Positions 22,301-37,300 of a DNA stretch of 64,000 nucleotides are shown here, in pieces (the stretch's first letter is position 1; every line of letters starts with the position of its first letter). Origin of the DNA: Utricularia gibba (Eukaryota; Plantae; Magnoliophyta); assembly GCA_002189035.1 (NCBI GenBank), contig NEEC01000007.1, forward strand, positions 3,472,001-3,536,000, given 5' to 3'. The translations under genes were made by a program, and so were the position numbers. A model generated the notes under the pieces. It was given only the letters and a program-made list of their open reading frames with translations, did no database searches and was not told the origin of the DNA.

Positions 22301-25300
22301 TGCTTTATTTTGATAAGGCTCTCGTGGGGCAACGGTATCGAGCAGGAGGTCGAGTCGAGCTCGGGCCCAGAGTCATTTGTAGCCCGGCAAAAAAATTGAT
22401 GCATTTATTAACGTTGGTTTTATAGGCTGCCTACATGTTTCTCAAGGAAAAGCTTGTCGTTTCTGGGCGGGTGATGTCTTTTGGAACTTCGTTCTGACCA
22501 TAGGTTCGGTCTGACTCCTTTGCCACATCGGGTCCTACTCGACGAAAATCGTGATGCAGTTATTGAAGTTAGGATTCATGAGCACCCAAAATGGTTTTCT
22601 CAACCGCATGCTTTATATTTGATAAGGCACTCGGGGGCAACGGTATCGAGCAGGAGGTCGAGTCGAGCTCGGCCCAGAGTCATTTGTAGCCGGCAAAAAA
22701 ATTGATGCATTTATTAACGTTGGTTTAATAGGCGCCTAATGTTTTCTCAAGGAAAAGCTTGTCGTTTTGGGCGGGTGATGTCGTTGGAACTTCGTTCTGA
22801 CCAAGGTTCGGTCTGACTCCTTTGCCACATCGGTCCTACTCGACGAAAATCGTGATGCAGTTATTGAAGTTAGGATTCATGAGCACCCAAAATGGTTTTC
22901 AACGCATGCTTTATATTTGATAGGCTCTCGTGGGGCAACGGTATCGAGCAGGAGGTCGAGTCGAGCTCGGGCCCAGAGTCATTTGTAGCCCGGCAAAAAA
23001 TTGATGCATTTATTAACGTTGGTTTATTAGGCTGCCTACATGTTTCTCAAGGAAAAGCTTCGTTTCTGGGCGGGTGATGTCGTTGGAACTTCGTCGACCA
23101 AGGTTCGGTCTGACTCCTTTGCCACATCGGGTCCTACTCGACGAAAATCGTGATGCAGTTATTGAAGTTAGGATTCATGAGCACCCAAAATGGTTTTCTC
23201 AACCGCATGCTTTATATTTGATAAGGCTCTCGTGGGGCAACGGTATCGAGCAGGAGGTCGAGTCGAGCTCGGGCCCATAGTCATTTGTAGCCGGCAAAAA
23301 ATTGATGCATTTATTAACGTTGGTTTAATAGGCTGCCTATTTTCTCAAGGAAAAGCTTGTCGTTTTGGGCGGGTGATGTCGTTGGAACTTCGTTCTGACC
23401 AAGGTTCGGTCTGACTCCTTTGCCACATCGGGTCCTACTCGACGAAAATCGTGATGCAGTTATTGAAGTTAGGATTCATGAGCACCCAAAATGCTTTTTC
23501 AACGCATGCTTTGTATTTGGAGGCGCTCTAGTGGGGCACGGTATCGGGCAAAAGGTCGAGTCGGGCTCGCTCCCAGAGTCATTTGTAGCCCGGCAAAAAA
23601 TTGATGCATTTATTAACGTTGGGTTTAGGCTGCCTACATGGTTTCTCAAGGAAAAGCTTGTCGTTTCTGGCGGGTGATGTCGTTGGGAACTTCGTTCTGA
23701 CCAAGGTTCGTCTGACTCCTTTGCCACATCGGGTCCTACTCGACGAAAATCGTGATGCAGTTATTGAAGTTAGGATCATGAGCACCCAAAATGGTTTTCT
23801 CAACCGCATGCTTTATATTTGAGGAGGCGCTCTCGTGGGGCAACGGTATCGAGCAGGAGGTCGAGTCGAGCTCGGGCCCATAGTCATTTGTAGCTCGGCA
23901 AAAAACTTGATGCATTTATTAACGTTGGTTTTAATAGGCTGCCTACATGGTTTTCTCAAGGAAAAGCTTGTCGTTTGGGCGGGTGATGTCGTTGGAACTT
24001 CGTTCTGACCCAAGGTTCGGTCTGACTCTTTGCCAATCGGGTCCTACTCGACGAAAATCGTGATGCAGTTATTGAAGTTAGGATTCATGAGCACCCAAAA
24101 TGGTTTTCTCAACCGCATGCTTTATATTTGATAAGGCGCTCTCGTGGGGCAACGGTATCGAGCAGGAGGTCGAGTCGAGCTCGCCCAGAGTCATTTGTAG
24201 CCGGCAAAAAATTGATGCATTTATTAACGTTGGTTATAGGCTGCCTACATGTTTCTCAAGGAAAAGCTTGTCGTTTTGGCGGGTGATGTCGTTGGGAACT
24301 TCGTTCTGACCCAAGGTTCGTCTGACTCCTTTGCCACATCGGGTCCTACTCGACGAAAATCGTGATGCAGTTATTGAAGTTAGGATTCATGAGCACCCAA
24401 AATGGTTTTCTCAACCGCATGCTTTATATTTGAGGAGGCGCTCGTGGGGCAACGGTATCGAGCAGGAGGTCGAGTCGAGCTCGGGCCCATAGTCATTTGT
24501 AGCTCGGCAAAAAATTGATGCATTTATTAACGTTGGTTTTAATAGGCCCTACATGGTTTTCTCAAGGAAAAGCTTGTCGTTTTGGGCGGGTGATGTCGTT
24601 GGAACTTCGTTCTCCAAGGTTCGGTCTGACTCCTTTGCCACATCGGGTCCTACTCGACGAAAATCGTGATGCAGTTATTGAAGTTAGGATTTCATGAGCA
24701 CCCAAAATGGTTTTCTCAACCGCATGCTTTATATTTGATAAGGTGCTCTCGTGGGGCAACGGTATCGAGTAGGAGGTCGAGTCGAGCTCGGGCCCATAGT
24801 CATTTGGTCGGCAAAAAACTTGATGCTCCTTTGCCACATGTCGTTGTGAACTTCGTTCTGACCAAGGTTCGGTCTGACTCCTTTGCCAAAATCGTCGTGA
24901 TGCAGTTATTGAAGTTAGGATTTCATGAGCACCCAAAATGGTTTTCTCAACGCATGCTTTATATTTGATAAGGCGCTCTCGTGGGGCAACGGTATCGAGC
25001 AGGAGGTCGAGTCGAGCTCGGGCCCCAGAGTCATTTGTAGCCGGCGGCAAAACGTTGGTTTATAGGCTGATGTTTCTCATTTATTAACTTCGTTCTGGGT
25101 TACTCCTTTGCCAATCGGTCCTACTCGACGAAAATCGTGATGCAGTTATTGAAGTTAGGATTCATGAGCACCCAAAATGGTTTTCTCAACGCATGCTTTA
25201 TATTTGATAGGCACTCGTGGGGCAACGGTATCGAGCAGGAGGTCGAGTCGAGCTCGGCCCAGAGTCATTTGTAGCCCGGCAAAAAATTGATGCATTTATT

Positions 25301-28300
25301 AACGTTGGTTTATAGGCTGCCTACATGTTTCTCAAGGAAAAGCTTGTCGTTTCTGGCGGGTGATGTCTTTGGAACTTCGTTCTGACCAAGGTTCGTCTGA
25401 CTCCTTTGCCACATCGGGTCCTACTCGACGAAAATCGTGATGCAGTTATTGAAGTTAGGATTCATGAGCACCCAAAATGGTTTTTCAACCGCATGCTTTA
25501 TATTTGAAGGCTCTCGTGGGGCAACGGTATCGAGTAGGAGGTCGAGTCGAGCTCGGGCCCATAGTCATTGTAGCTCGGCAAAAAATTGATGCATTTATTA
25601 ACGTTGGTTTTAATAGGCTGCCTACATGTTTCTCAAGGAAAAGCTTGTCGTTTTTGGGCGGGTGATGTCGTTGGAACTTCGTTCTGACCAAGGTTCGGTC
25701 TGACTCCTTTGCCACATCGGGTCCTACTCGACGAAAATCGTGATGCAGTTATTGAAGTTAGGATTCATGAGCACCCAAAATGGTTTTCTCAACCGCATGC
25801 TTTATATTTGATAGGCGCTCTCGTGGGGCAACGGTATCGAGCAGGAGGTCGAGTCGAGCTCGGGCCCAGAGTCATTTGTAGCCCGGCAAAAAATTGATGC
25901 ATTTATTAACGTTCGGTTTTATAGGCTGCCTACATAAAAAACTTGATGCAGGAAAAGCTTGTCGTTTCTGGCGGGCATGTTTATCGTCAACGGTTCGTTC
26001 GGAGTCGTTTTTTCGTCTGGGTTGATGTCGTTGTGATCGGGTCCTACTCGACGACGAAATCGTGATGCAGTTATTGAAGTTAGGATGTCTCATGCTCACC
26101 ATCGAATCGGTTTTCTCAACCGCATGCTTTATGCAGTTATTGAAGGCGGATCTCAGTGAGGGCACCCAAAATGGTTTTCTCAACCGCATGCTTTATATTT
26201 GATAAGGCAGGTCTCGAGTCGAGCTCGGGCCCATCGTAGTTGATGCGCTCGGAGGTCGAGTCGAAAAAGGCTTGACATTTATTCATTTGTAGCGTGGTGG
26301 GAATATGATAGGATTTATTGTTTTCGTTCGGGAAAAGCTTGTCGTTTTGGGCGGGTGATTAGTTGTGACTACATTCGTTCTGACAAGGGTTCGGTCTGTC
26401 CCTCTTGGGTCGGTCGTCTCGTTGGGAACTTCGTTCGGACCGTGATGCAGTTATTCGTCTGACTCCTTTGCCACATCGGGTCCTACTCGACGAAAATCGT
26501 GATGCAGTTATTGAAGTTAGGATTCACCCAAAATGGTTTTCTCAACCGCATGCTTTATATTTGATAAGGCGCTCTCGTGGGGCAACGGTATCGAGCAGGA
26601 GGTCGAGTCGAGCTCGGGCCCAGAGTCATTTGTAGCCCGGCAAAAAAATGCTTTATATTAACGTTCGGGCTTTCTCGTGGCATGCGGTACATAGATTTCT
26701 CAAGGAAGTCGAGTCGAGCTCGGGCCCATAGTCATTTGTAGCTCGGCAAAAAACTTGATGCATTTATTAACGTTGGTTTTAATAGGCTGCCTACATGGTT
26801 GATGTCGTTGGGAACTTCGTTCGAAAAGCTTGTCGTGATTCCTTTGCATGTCGTTCGTCGAACTACGTTCTGACCCAAGGTTCGGTCAGTTTTGATTCAA
26901 ATTAGTCCTACTCGACGAAAATCGTGATGCAGTTATTGAAGTTAGGATTCATGAGCACCCAAAATGGTTTTCAACGCATGCTTTATATTTGAGGAGCATG
27001 CTCTCGTGGGGCATTTGATATGGCAGGTGTCGAAGGTAGGTCGAGCAGGAGTCGATTCGAGCTGGCGGCCCATAGATCATTTAGTATCGGCAAAAAAATT
27101 GATGCATTTATTAACGTTGGCTTTAATAGGCTGCCTACATGTTTTCTCAAGGAAAAGCTTGTCGTTTTTGGGCGGGTGATGTCGTTGTGAACTTCGTTCT
27201 GACCAAGGTTCGGTCTGACTCCTTTGCCAATCGGGTCCTACTCGACGAAAATCGTGATGCAGTTATTGAAGTTAGGATTCATGAGCACCCAAAATGGTTT
27301 TCTCAACCGCATGCTTTTATATTTGGGTCTCGTGGGGCATGTCGAGTTCGGGCCCAACATTTGTAGCTCGTTCGTTGGGTTTAAGGCCTACATGGTTTCT
27401 CAAGGAAAAGCTTGTCGTTTTTGGGCGGGTGATGTCGTCCTTTGCACACTCGGGTCCTACTCGACGAAAATCGTGATGCAGTTATTGAAGTTAGGATGTC
27501 ATGAGCAACGGTATCGAGCAGGAGGTCGAGTCGAGCTCGGGCCCAGAGTCATTTGTAGCCCGGCAAAAAATTGATGCATTTATTAACCTGCACATGCTTT
27601 ATAACTTCGTTCTGACCAAGGAGCCACATCGGGTCGCTCGTCAGTGGGGATTCAACGGTATGCTTTATATTTGAGGCGCTCTCGTGGGGCAGGATCGGTC
27701 GAGTCGAGCTCGGGCCCATAGTCGTTCGGCTTTATTAGGCTGTAGTTTCTCGGCAAACTTCGTTCTGACCAAGGTTCGGTTTGATCGCATTCGTGAAGTT
27801 ATTGACGTTGGCTTTATATTTGATTCTCGTGGGGCAATATCGAACGCCTCGGCCCACATTTGTTTTCATCGTTGGTTTTATTAGGAAAAGCTTGTCGTTT
27901 TTGGGCTTCGTTCTGACCAAGGTTCGATTTTGCGGGTCCTACTCGACGAAATCGTGATGCAGTTATTGAAGTTAGGATTCATGAGCACCCAAAATGGTTT
28001 TCTCAACCGCATGCTTTATATTTAAAGGCGCTCTCGTGGGGCAACGGTATCGAGCAGGAGGTCGAGTCGAGCTCGGGCCCATGTCACTCCAAAAATTGAT
28101 GCCACACATGTTTCTCAAGGGTCCTACTCTTCGTTCTGACCCAAGGTTCGTCTGAACAATCGTCGTGATGCAGTTATTGAAGTTAGGATTTCATGAGCAC
28201 CCAAAATGGTTTTCTCAACCGCATGCTTTATATTTGATAACGGCGCTCGAGTCGTGGGGCAAAAAATTGATGCATTTATTAACGGGTATCGACATGTTTC

Positions 28301-31300
28301 TCAGGAAAAGCTTGTCGTTTTGGGCGGGTGAGTCGAGTTCTGACCCAAGGTTCTCTGCTCCACATCGGGTCCTAGTCGTGATGCAGTTGTTAGCCACCCA
28401 AAATGGTTTTCTCAACCGCATGCTTTATAAGGATCTCGTGGGGCATGCAGGAGGTCGAGTTCGGGCCCATCATAACGTTCTGGTTTTATTAGTCTTTTTG
28501 CTTCGTTCTGACTACATAGACGAAAATCGTGATGCAGTTATTGAAGTTAGGATTCATGAGCACCCAAAATGGTTTTCTCAACCGCATGCTTTATATTTGA
28601 GGAGGCTCTCGGCGGGGCATGTCGGTTGATCGTTCAGGAGGTCGAGTCGAGTTCTCGGTTCGGTCTGACTCACATAGTCATGCAGTTATTGTTAGGATTC
28701 ATCACCCAAAATGGCTCAAATGCTTTATATTTTGACGCTCTGTGGGGCATGCAGGAGGTCGAGTTAGAGTCATAACGTTGTTGGTTTAATAGGCTGCCTA
28801 CATGTTTTCTCAAGTTCTGAAAGGTTCGGTCTGAGCCACATTGTCGTTGCAGTTATTGGTTAGGATTCATGGCACCCAAAATGATGCTTTATATTTGATA
28901 AGGCACTCTCGTTGTCGAACTTCATTTGTTCATGACTGCCTAAGGTTCGTTTTGTCTGAACTTCGTTCTTTCGGTCTGACACATCGGGTCTACTCGACGA
29001 AAATCGTGATGCAGTTATTGAAGTTAGGATTTCATGAGCATGCTTTATATTTGATAAGGCGCTCTCGTGGGGCAAAATCGGTTTTCATCAACCGCATGCT
29101 TGTATAACTTCGTGATAGGTTCGGTCTGAGGCCTCTCGTCGTGGCAGTTATTGAAGTTAGGATTTCATGACACCCAAAATGGTATGCTTTATTTTGAGGC
29201 GCTCTCGTGGGGCAGGATCGGTCGAGTCGAGCTCGGCCCAGAGTCATTTGTAGCCCGGCAAAAAATCATTATTAACGTTGGTTTTAATAGGCTGCCTACA
29301 TGTTTTCAAGGAAAAGCTTGTCGTTTCTGGGCGGGTGATGTCGTTTGGAACTTCGTTCTGACCAAGGTTCGGTCTGACTCCTTTGCCACATCGGGTCCTA
29401 CTCGACGAAAATCGTGATGCAGTTATTGAAGTTAGGATTCATGAGCACCCAAAATGGTTTTCTCAACCGCATGCTTTATATTTGATAAGGCACTCTCGTG
29501 GGCAACGGTATCGAGCAGGAGGTCGAGTCGAGCTCGGCCCATAGTCATTTGTAGCCCGGCAAAAAAATTGATGCATTTATTAACGTTGGAATAGGCTGCC
29601 TACATGTTTTCTCAAGGAAAAGCTTGTCGTTTTTGGCGGGTGATGTCTTTTGGAACTTCGTTCTGACCAAGGTTCGGTCTGACTCCTTTGCCACATCGGG
29701 TCCTACTCGACGAAAATCGTGATGCAGTTATTGAAGTTAGGATTCATGAGCACCCAAAATGGTTTTCTCAACCGCATGCTTTATATTTGATAAGGCACTC
29801 TCGTGGGGCAACGGTATCGAGCAGGAGGTCGAGTCGAGCTCGGGCCCAGAGTCATTTGTAGCCCGGCAAAAAATTGATGCATTTATTAACGTTCGGCTTT
29901 TATTAGGCTGCCTACATAGTTTCTCAAGGAAAAGCTTGTCGTTTCTGGCGGGTGATGTCTTTTGGAACTTCGTTCTGACCAAGGTTCGGTCTGACTCCTT
30001 TGCCACATCGGGTCCTACTCGACGAAAATCGTGATGCAGTTATTGAAGTTAGGATTCATGAGCACCCAAAATGGTTTTCTCAACCGCATGCTTTATATTT
30101 GATAAGGCACTCTCGTGGGGCAACGGTATCGAGCAGGAGGTCGAGTCGAGCTCGGGCCCATAGTCATTTGTAGCTCGGCAAAAAATTGATGCATTTATTA
30201 ACGTTCGGTTTAATAGGCTGCCTACATGTTTTCTCAAGGAAAAGCTTGTCGTTTTGCGGGTGATGTCGTTGGGAACTTCGTTCTGACCCAAGGTTCGTCT
30301 GACTCCTTTGCCACATCGGGTCCTACTCGACGAAAATCGTGATGCAGTTATTGAAGTTAGGATTTCATGAGCACCCAAAATGGTTTTCTCAACGCATGCT
30401 TTATATTTAGGAGGCGCTCTCGTGGGGCAACGGTATCGGCAGGAGGTCGAGTCGAGCTCGGCCAGAGTCATTTTGTAGCCCGGCAAAAATTGATGCATTT
30501 ATTAACGTTGGGTTTATTAGGCTGCCTACATGTTTTCTCAAGGAAAAGCTTGTCGTTTCTGGGCGGTGATGTCGTTGGGAACTTCGTTCTGACCCAAGGT
30601 TCGGTCTGACTCCTTTGCCACATCGGGTCCTACTCGACGAAAATCGTGATGCAGTTATTGAAGTTAGGATGTCATGAGCACCCAAAATGGTTTTCTCAAC
30701 CGCATGCTTTATATTTGAGGAGGCGCTCTCGTGGGGCAACGGTATCGAGCAGGAGGTCGAGTCGAGCTCGGGCCCATAGTCATTTGTAGCTCGGCAAAAA
30801 AATTGATGCATTTATTAACGTTGGTTTTAATAGGCTGCCTACATGTTTCTCAAGGAAAAGCTTGTCGTTTTGGGCGGGTGATGTCGTTTGGAACTTCGTT
30901 CTGACCAAGGTTCGGTCTGACTCCTTTGCCACATCGGGTCCTACTCGACGAAAATCGTGATGCAGTTATTGAAGTTAGGATTCATGAGCACCCAAAATGG
31001 TTTTCTCAACCGCATGCTTTATATTTGATAGGCGCTCTCGTGGGGCAACGGTATCGAGCAGGAGGTCGAGTCGAGCTCGGGCCCATAGTCATTTGTAGCT
31101 CGGCAAAAAACTTGATGCATTTATTAACGTTTGGTTTTAATAGGCTGCCTACATGGTTTTCTCAAGGAAAAGCTTGTCGTTTTTGGGCGGGTGATGTCGT
31201 TTGAACTTCGTTCTGACCAAGGTTCGGTCTGACTCCTTTGCCACATCGGTCCTACTCGACGAAAATCGTGATGCAGTTATTGAAGTTAGGATTCATGAGC

Positions 31301-34300
31301 ACCCAAAATGGTTTTCTCAACCGCATGCTTTATATTTGATAAGGCTCTCGTGGGGCAACGGTATCGAGCAGGAGGTCGAGTCGAGCTCGGGCCCAGAGTC
31401 ATTTGTAGCCCGGCAAAAAAATTGATGCATTTATTAACGTTGGTTTTAATAGGCTGCCTCATGTTTCTCAAGGAAAAGCTTGTCGTTTCTGGGCGGGTGA
31501 TGTCTTTTGGAACTTCGTTCTGACCAAGGTTCGGTCTGACTCCTTTGCCACATCGGGTCCTACTCGACGAAAATCGTGATGCAGTTATTGAAGTTAGGAT
31601 TTCATGAGCACCCAAAATGGTTTTCTCAACCGCATGCTTTATATTTGATAAGGCACTCTCGTGGGCAACGGTATCGAGCAGAGGTCGAGTCGAGCTCGGC
31701 CCATAGAGTCATTTGTAGCTCGGCAAAAAATTGATGCATTTATTAACGTACTCGACGAAAATCGTGATGCAGTTATTGAAGTTAGGATCATGAGCACCCA
31801 AAATGGTTTTCTCAACCGCATGCTTTATATTTGAGGAGGCGCTCTCGTGGGGCAACGGTATCGAGCAGGAGGTCGAGTCGAGCTCGGGCCCATAGTCATT
31901 TGTAGCTCGGCAAAAAATTGATGCATTTATTAACGTTGGGTTTAATAGGCTGCCTACATGTTTTCTCAAGGAAAAGCTTGTCGTTTTTGGCGGGGTGATG
32001 TCGTTGTGAACTTCGTTCTGACCCAAGGTTCGGTCTGACTCCTTTGCCACATCGGGTCCTACTCGACGAAAATCGTGATGCAGTTATTGAAGTTAGGATT
32101 CATGAGCACCCAAAATGGTTTTCTCAACCGCATGCTTTATATTTGATAAGGCACTCTCGTGGGGCAACGGTATCGAGCAGGAGGTCGAGTCGAGCTCGGG
32201 CCCAGAGTCATTTGTAGCCCGGCAAAAAATTGATGCATTTATTAACGTTATTAGGCTGCCTACATAGTTTCTCAAGGAAAAGCTTGTCGTTTCTGGCGGG
32301 TGATGTCGTTGGAACTTCGTTCGACCCAAGGTTCTGTCTGACTCCTTTGCCACATCGGGTCCTACTCGACGAAAATCGTGATGCAGTTATTGAAGTTAGG
32401 ATTCATGAGCACCCAAAATGGTTTTCTCAACCGCATGCTTTATATTGAGGAGGCGCTCTCGTGGGGCAACGGTATCGAGCAGGAGGTCGAGTCGAGCTCG
32501 GGCCCATAGTCATTTAGCTCGGCAAAAAACTTGATGCATTTATTAACGTTGGGTTTATAGGCTGCCTACATGTTTCTCAAGGAAAAGCTTGTCGTTTTTG
32601 GGCGGGTGATGTCGTTGGAACTTCGTTCTGACCAAGGTTCGGTCTGACTCCTTTGCCACATCGGGTCCTACTCGACGAAAATCGTGATGCAGTTATTGAA
32701 GTTAGGATTTCATGAGCACCCAAAATGGTTTTCTCAACCGCATGCTTTATATTTGATAGGCGCTCTCGTGGGCAACGGTATCGAGCAGGAGGTCGAGTCG
32801 AGCTCGGGCCCAGAGTCATTTGTAGCCCGGCAAAAAATTGATGCATTTATTAACGTTGGTTTATTAGGCTGCCTACATAGTTTCTCAAGGAAAAGCTTGT
32901 CGTTTTGGCGGGTGATGTCGTTGGGAACTTCGTTCTGACCCAAGGTTCGTCTGACTCCTTTGCCACATCGGGTCCTACTCGACGAAAATCGTGATGCAGT
33001 TATTGAAGTTAGGATTCATGAGCACCCAAAATGGTTTTCTCAACCGCATGCTTATATTTGAGGAGGCGCTCTCGTGGGGCAACGGTATCGAGCAGGAGGT
33101 CGAGTCGAGCTCGGGCCATAGTCATTTGTAGCCGGCAAAAAATTGATGCATTTTAACGTTGGGTTTTAATAGGCTGCCTACATGTTTCTCAAGGAAAAGC
33201 TTGTCGTTTTTGGCGGGTGATGTCGTTGGAACTTCGTTCTGACCAAGGTTCGGTCTGACTCCTTTGCCACATCGGTCCTACTCGACGAAAATCGTGATGC
33301 AGTTATTGAAGTTAGGATTTCATGAGCACCCAAAATGGTTTTCTCAACCGCATGCTTTATATTTGATAAGGCGCTCTCGTGGGGCAACGGTATCGAGCAG
33401 GAGGTCGAGTCGAGCTCGGGCCCAGAGTCATTTGTAGCCCGGCAAAAAAATTGATGCATTTATTAACGTTGGCTTTATAGGCTGCCTACATAGTTTCTCA
33501 AGGAAAAGCTTGTCGTTTCTGGCGGGTGATGTCGTTGGGAACTTCGTTCTGACCAAGGTTCTCTGACTCCTTTGCCATCGGGTCCTACTCGACGAAAATC
33601 GTGATGCAGTTATTGAAGTTAGGATGTCATGAGCACCCAAAATGGTTTTCTCAACCGCATGCTTTATATTTGATAAGGCTCTCGTGGGGCAACGGTATCG
33701 AGCAGGAGGTCGAGTCGAGCTCGGGCCCATAGTCATTTGTAGCTCGGCAAAAAATTGATGCATTTATTAACGTTGGTTTTAATAGGCTGCCTACATGGTT
33801 TTCTCAAGGAAAAGCTTGTCGTTTTTGGGCGGGTGATGTCGTTGTGAACTTCGTTCTGACCCAAGGTTCGGTCTGACTCCTTTGCCACATCGGGTCCTAC
33901 TCGACGAAAATCGTGATGCAGTTATTGAAGTTAGGATTTCATGAGCACCCAAAATGGTTTTCAACCGCATGCTTTATTGATAGGCGCTCTCGTGGGGCAA
34001 CGGTATCGAGCAGGAGGTCGAGTCGAGCTCGGTCCCAGAGTCATTTGTAGCCCCAAAAAATTGATGCATTTATTAACGTTTTTTAATTAGGCTGCCTACA
34101 TAGTTTCTCAAGGAAAAGCTTTCGGGCGGGTGATGTCGTTGGGAACTTCGTTCGGACCCAAGGTTCGTCTGACTCCTTTGCCACATCGGGTCCTACTCGA
34201 CGAAAATCGTGATGCAGTTATTGAAGTTAGGATGTCATGAGCACCCAAAATGGTTTTCTCAACCGCATGCTTTATATTTGAGGAGGCGCTCTCGTGGGGC

Positions 34301-37300
34301 AACGGTATCGAGCAGGAGGTCGAGTCGAGCTCGGGCCCATAGTCATTTGTAGCTCGGCAAAAAACTTGATGCATTAATTAACGTTGGGTTTTAATAGGCT
34401 GCCTACATGTTTTCTCAAGGAAAAGCTTGTCGTTTTTGGGCGGGTGATTCGTTGTGAACTTCGTTCTGACCCAAGGTTCGGTCTGACTCCTTTGCCACAT
34501 CTCCTACTCGACGAAAATCGTGATGCAGTTATTGAAGTTAGGATTTCATGAGCACCCAAAATGTTTTCTCAACCGCATGCTTTATATTGATAAGGCGCTC
34601 TCGTGGGCAACGGTATCGAGCAGGAGGTCGAGTCGAGCTCGGGCCCAGAGTCATTTGTAGCCCGACAAAAATTGATGCATTTATTAACGTTCGGCTTTAT
34701 TAGGCTGCCTACATATTTCTCAAGGAAAAGCTTGTCGTTTCTGGGCGGGTGATGTCGTTGGGAACTTCGTTCGGACCCAAGGTTCGTCTGACTCCTTTGC
34801 CACATCGGGTCCTACTCGACGAAAATCGTGATGCAGTTATTGAAGTTAGGATCATGAGCACCCAAAATGGTTTTCTCAACCGCATGCTTTATATTTGATA
34901 GGCGCTCTCGTGGGGCAACGGTATCGAGCAGGAGGTCGAGTCGAGCTCGGGCCCATAGTCATTTGTAGCTCGGCAAAAAACTTGATGCATTAATTAACGT
35001 TGGTTTTAATAGGCCCTACATTGTTTTCTCAAGGAAAAGCTTGTCGTTTTTGGGCGGGTGATGTCGTTGTGAACTTCGTTCTGACCCAAGGTTCGGTCTG
35101 TCTCCTTTGCCAAATCGGTCCTACTCGACGAAAATCGTGATGCAGTTATTGAAGTTAGGATTTCATGAGCACCCAAAATGGTTTTCTCAACCGCATGCTT
35201 TATATTGATAAGGCACTCTCGTGGGGCAACGGTATCGAGCAGGAGGTCGAGTCGAGCTCGGCCCAGAGTCATTTGTAGCTCGGCAAAAAATTGATGCATT
35301 TATTAACGTATAGGCTGCCTACATGTTTCTCAAGGAAAAGCTTGTCGTTTCTGGCGGGTGATGTCGTTGGAACTTCGTTCTGACCCAAGGTTCGGTCTGA
35401 CTCCTTTGCCACATCGGGTCCTACTCGACGAAAATCGTGATGCAGTTATTGAAGTTAGGATGTCATGAGCACCCAAAATGGTTTTCTCAACGCATGCTTT
35501 ATATTTGAGGAGGCGCTCTCGTGGGGCAACGGTATCGAGCAGGAGGTCGAGTCGAGCTCGGGCCCATAGTCATTTGTAGCTCGGCAAAAAACTTGATGCA
35601 TTTATTAACGTTGGTTTTAATAGGCTGCCTACATTGTTTCTCAAGGAAAAGCTTGTCGTTTTGGGCGGGTGATGTCGTTGTGAACTTCGTTCTGACCCAA
35701 GGTTCGGTCTGACTCCTTTGCCAATCGGTCCTACTCGACGAAAATCGTGATGCAGTTATTGAAGTTAGGATTTCATGAGCACCCAAAATGGTTTTCTCAA
35801 CCGCATGCTTTATATTTGAAGGCGCTCTCGTGGGGCACGGTATCGAGCAGAGGTCGAGTCGAGCTCGGGCCCAGAGTCATTTGTAGCCCGGCAAAAAAAT
35901 TGATGCATTTATTAACGTTCGGCTTTATTAGGCTGCCTACATAGTTTCTCAAGGAAAAGCTTGTCGTTTCTGGGCGGGTGATGTCTTGGGAACTTCGTTC
36001 TGACCAAGGTTCGTCTGACTCCTTTGCCACATCGGGTCCTACTCGACGAAAATCGTGATGCAGTTATTGAAGTTAGGATTCATGAGCACCCAAAATGGTT
36101 TTCTCAACCGCATGCTTTATATTTGATAAGGTGCTCTCGTGGGGCAACGGTATCGAGTAGGAGGTCGAGTCGAGCTCGGGCCCATAGTCATTTGTAGCTC
36201 GGCAAAAAACTTGATGCATTTATTAACGTTGGTTTAATAGGCTGCCTAAATGGTTTTCTCAAGGAAAAGCTTGTCGTTTTTGGGCGGGTGATGTCGTTGT
36301 GAACTTCGTTCTGACCCAAGGTTCGGTCTGTCTCCTTTGCCAATCTGGTCCTACTCGACGAAATCGTGATGCAGTTATTGAAGTTAGGATTTCATGAGCA
36401 CCCAAAATGGTTTTTTCAACGCATGCTTTATATTTGATAGGCGCTCTCGTGGGGCAACGGTATCGAGCAGGAGGTCGAGTCGAGCTCGGCCCAGAGTCAT
36501 TTTTAGCCCGGCAAAAAAATTGATGCATTTATTAACGTTGGTTTTAATAGGCTGCCTACATGGTTTCTCAAGGAAAAGCTTGTCGTTTCTGGGCGGGTGA
36601 TGTCTTTGGAACTTCGTTCTGACCAAGGTTCGGTCTGACTCCTTTGCCACATCGGGTCCTACTCGACGAAAATCGTGATGCAGTTATTGAAGTTAGGATA
36701 TCATGAGCACCCAAAATGGTTTTCTCAACCGCATGCTTTATATTTGATAAGGCGCTCTCGTGGGGCAACGGTATCGAGCAGGAGGTCGAGTCGAGCTGGG
36801 CCCAGAGTCATTTGTAGCCCGGCAAAAAATTGATGCATTTATTAACGTTCGGTTTATTAGGCTGCCTACATAGTTTCTCAAGGAAAAGCTTGTCGTTTCT
36901 GGGCGGGTGATGTCGTTGGGAACTTCGTTCTGACCAAGGTTCGGTCTGACTCCTTTGCCACATCGGGTCCTACTCGACGAAAATCGTGATGCAGTTATTG
37001 AAGTTAGGATTCATGAGCACCCAAAATGGTTTTCTCAACCGCATGCTTTATATTTGATAGGCGCTCTCGTGGGGCAACGGTATCGAGCAGGAGGTCGAGT
37101 CGAGCTCGGGCCCATAGTCATTTGTAGCTCGGCAAAAAACTTGATGCATTTATTAACGTTGGTTTTAATAGGCTGCCTACATGGTTTTCTCAAGGAAAAG
37201 CTTGTCGTTTTTGGGCGGGTGATGTCTTTGAACTTCGTTCTGACCAAGGTTCGGTCTGACTCCTTTGCCACATCGGGTCCTACTCGACGAAAATCGTGAT

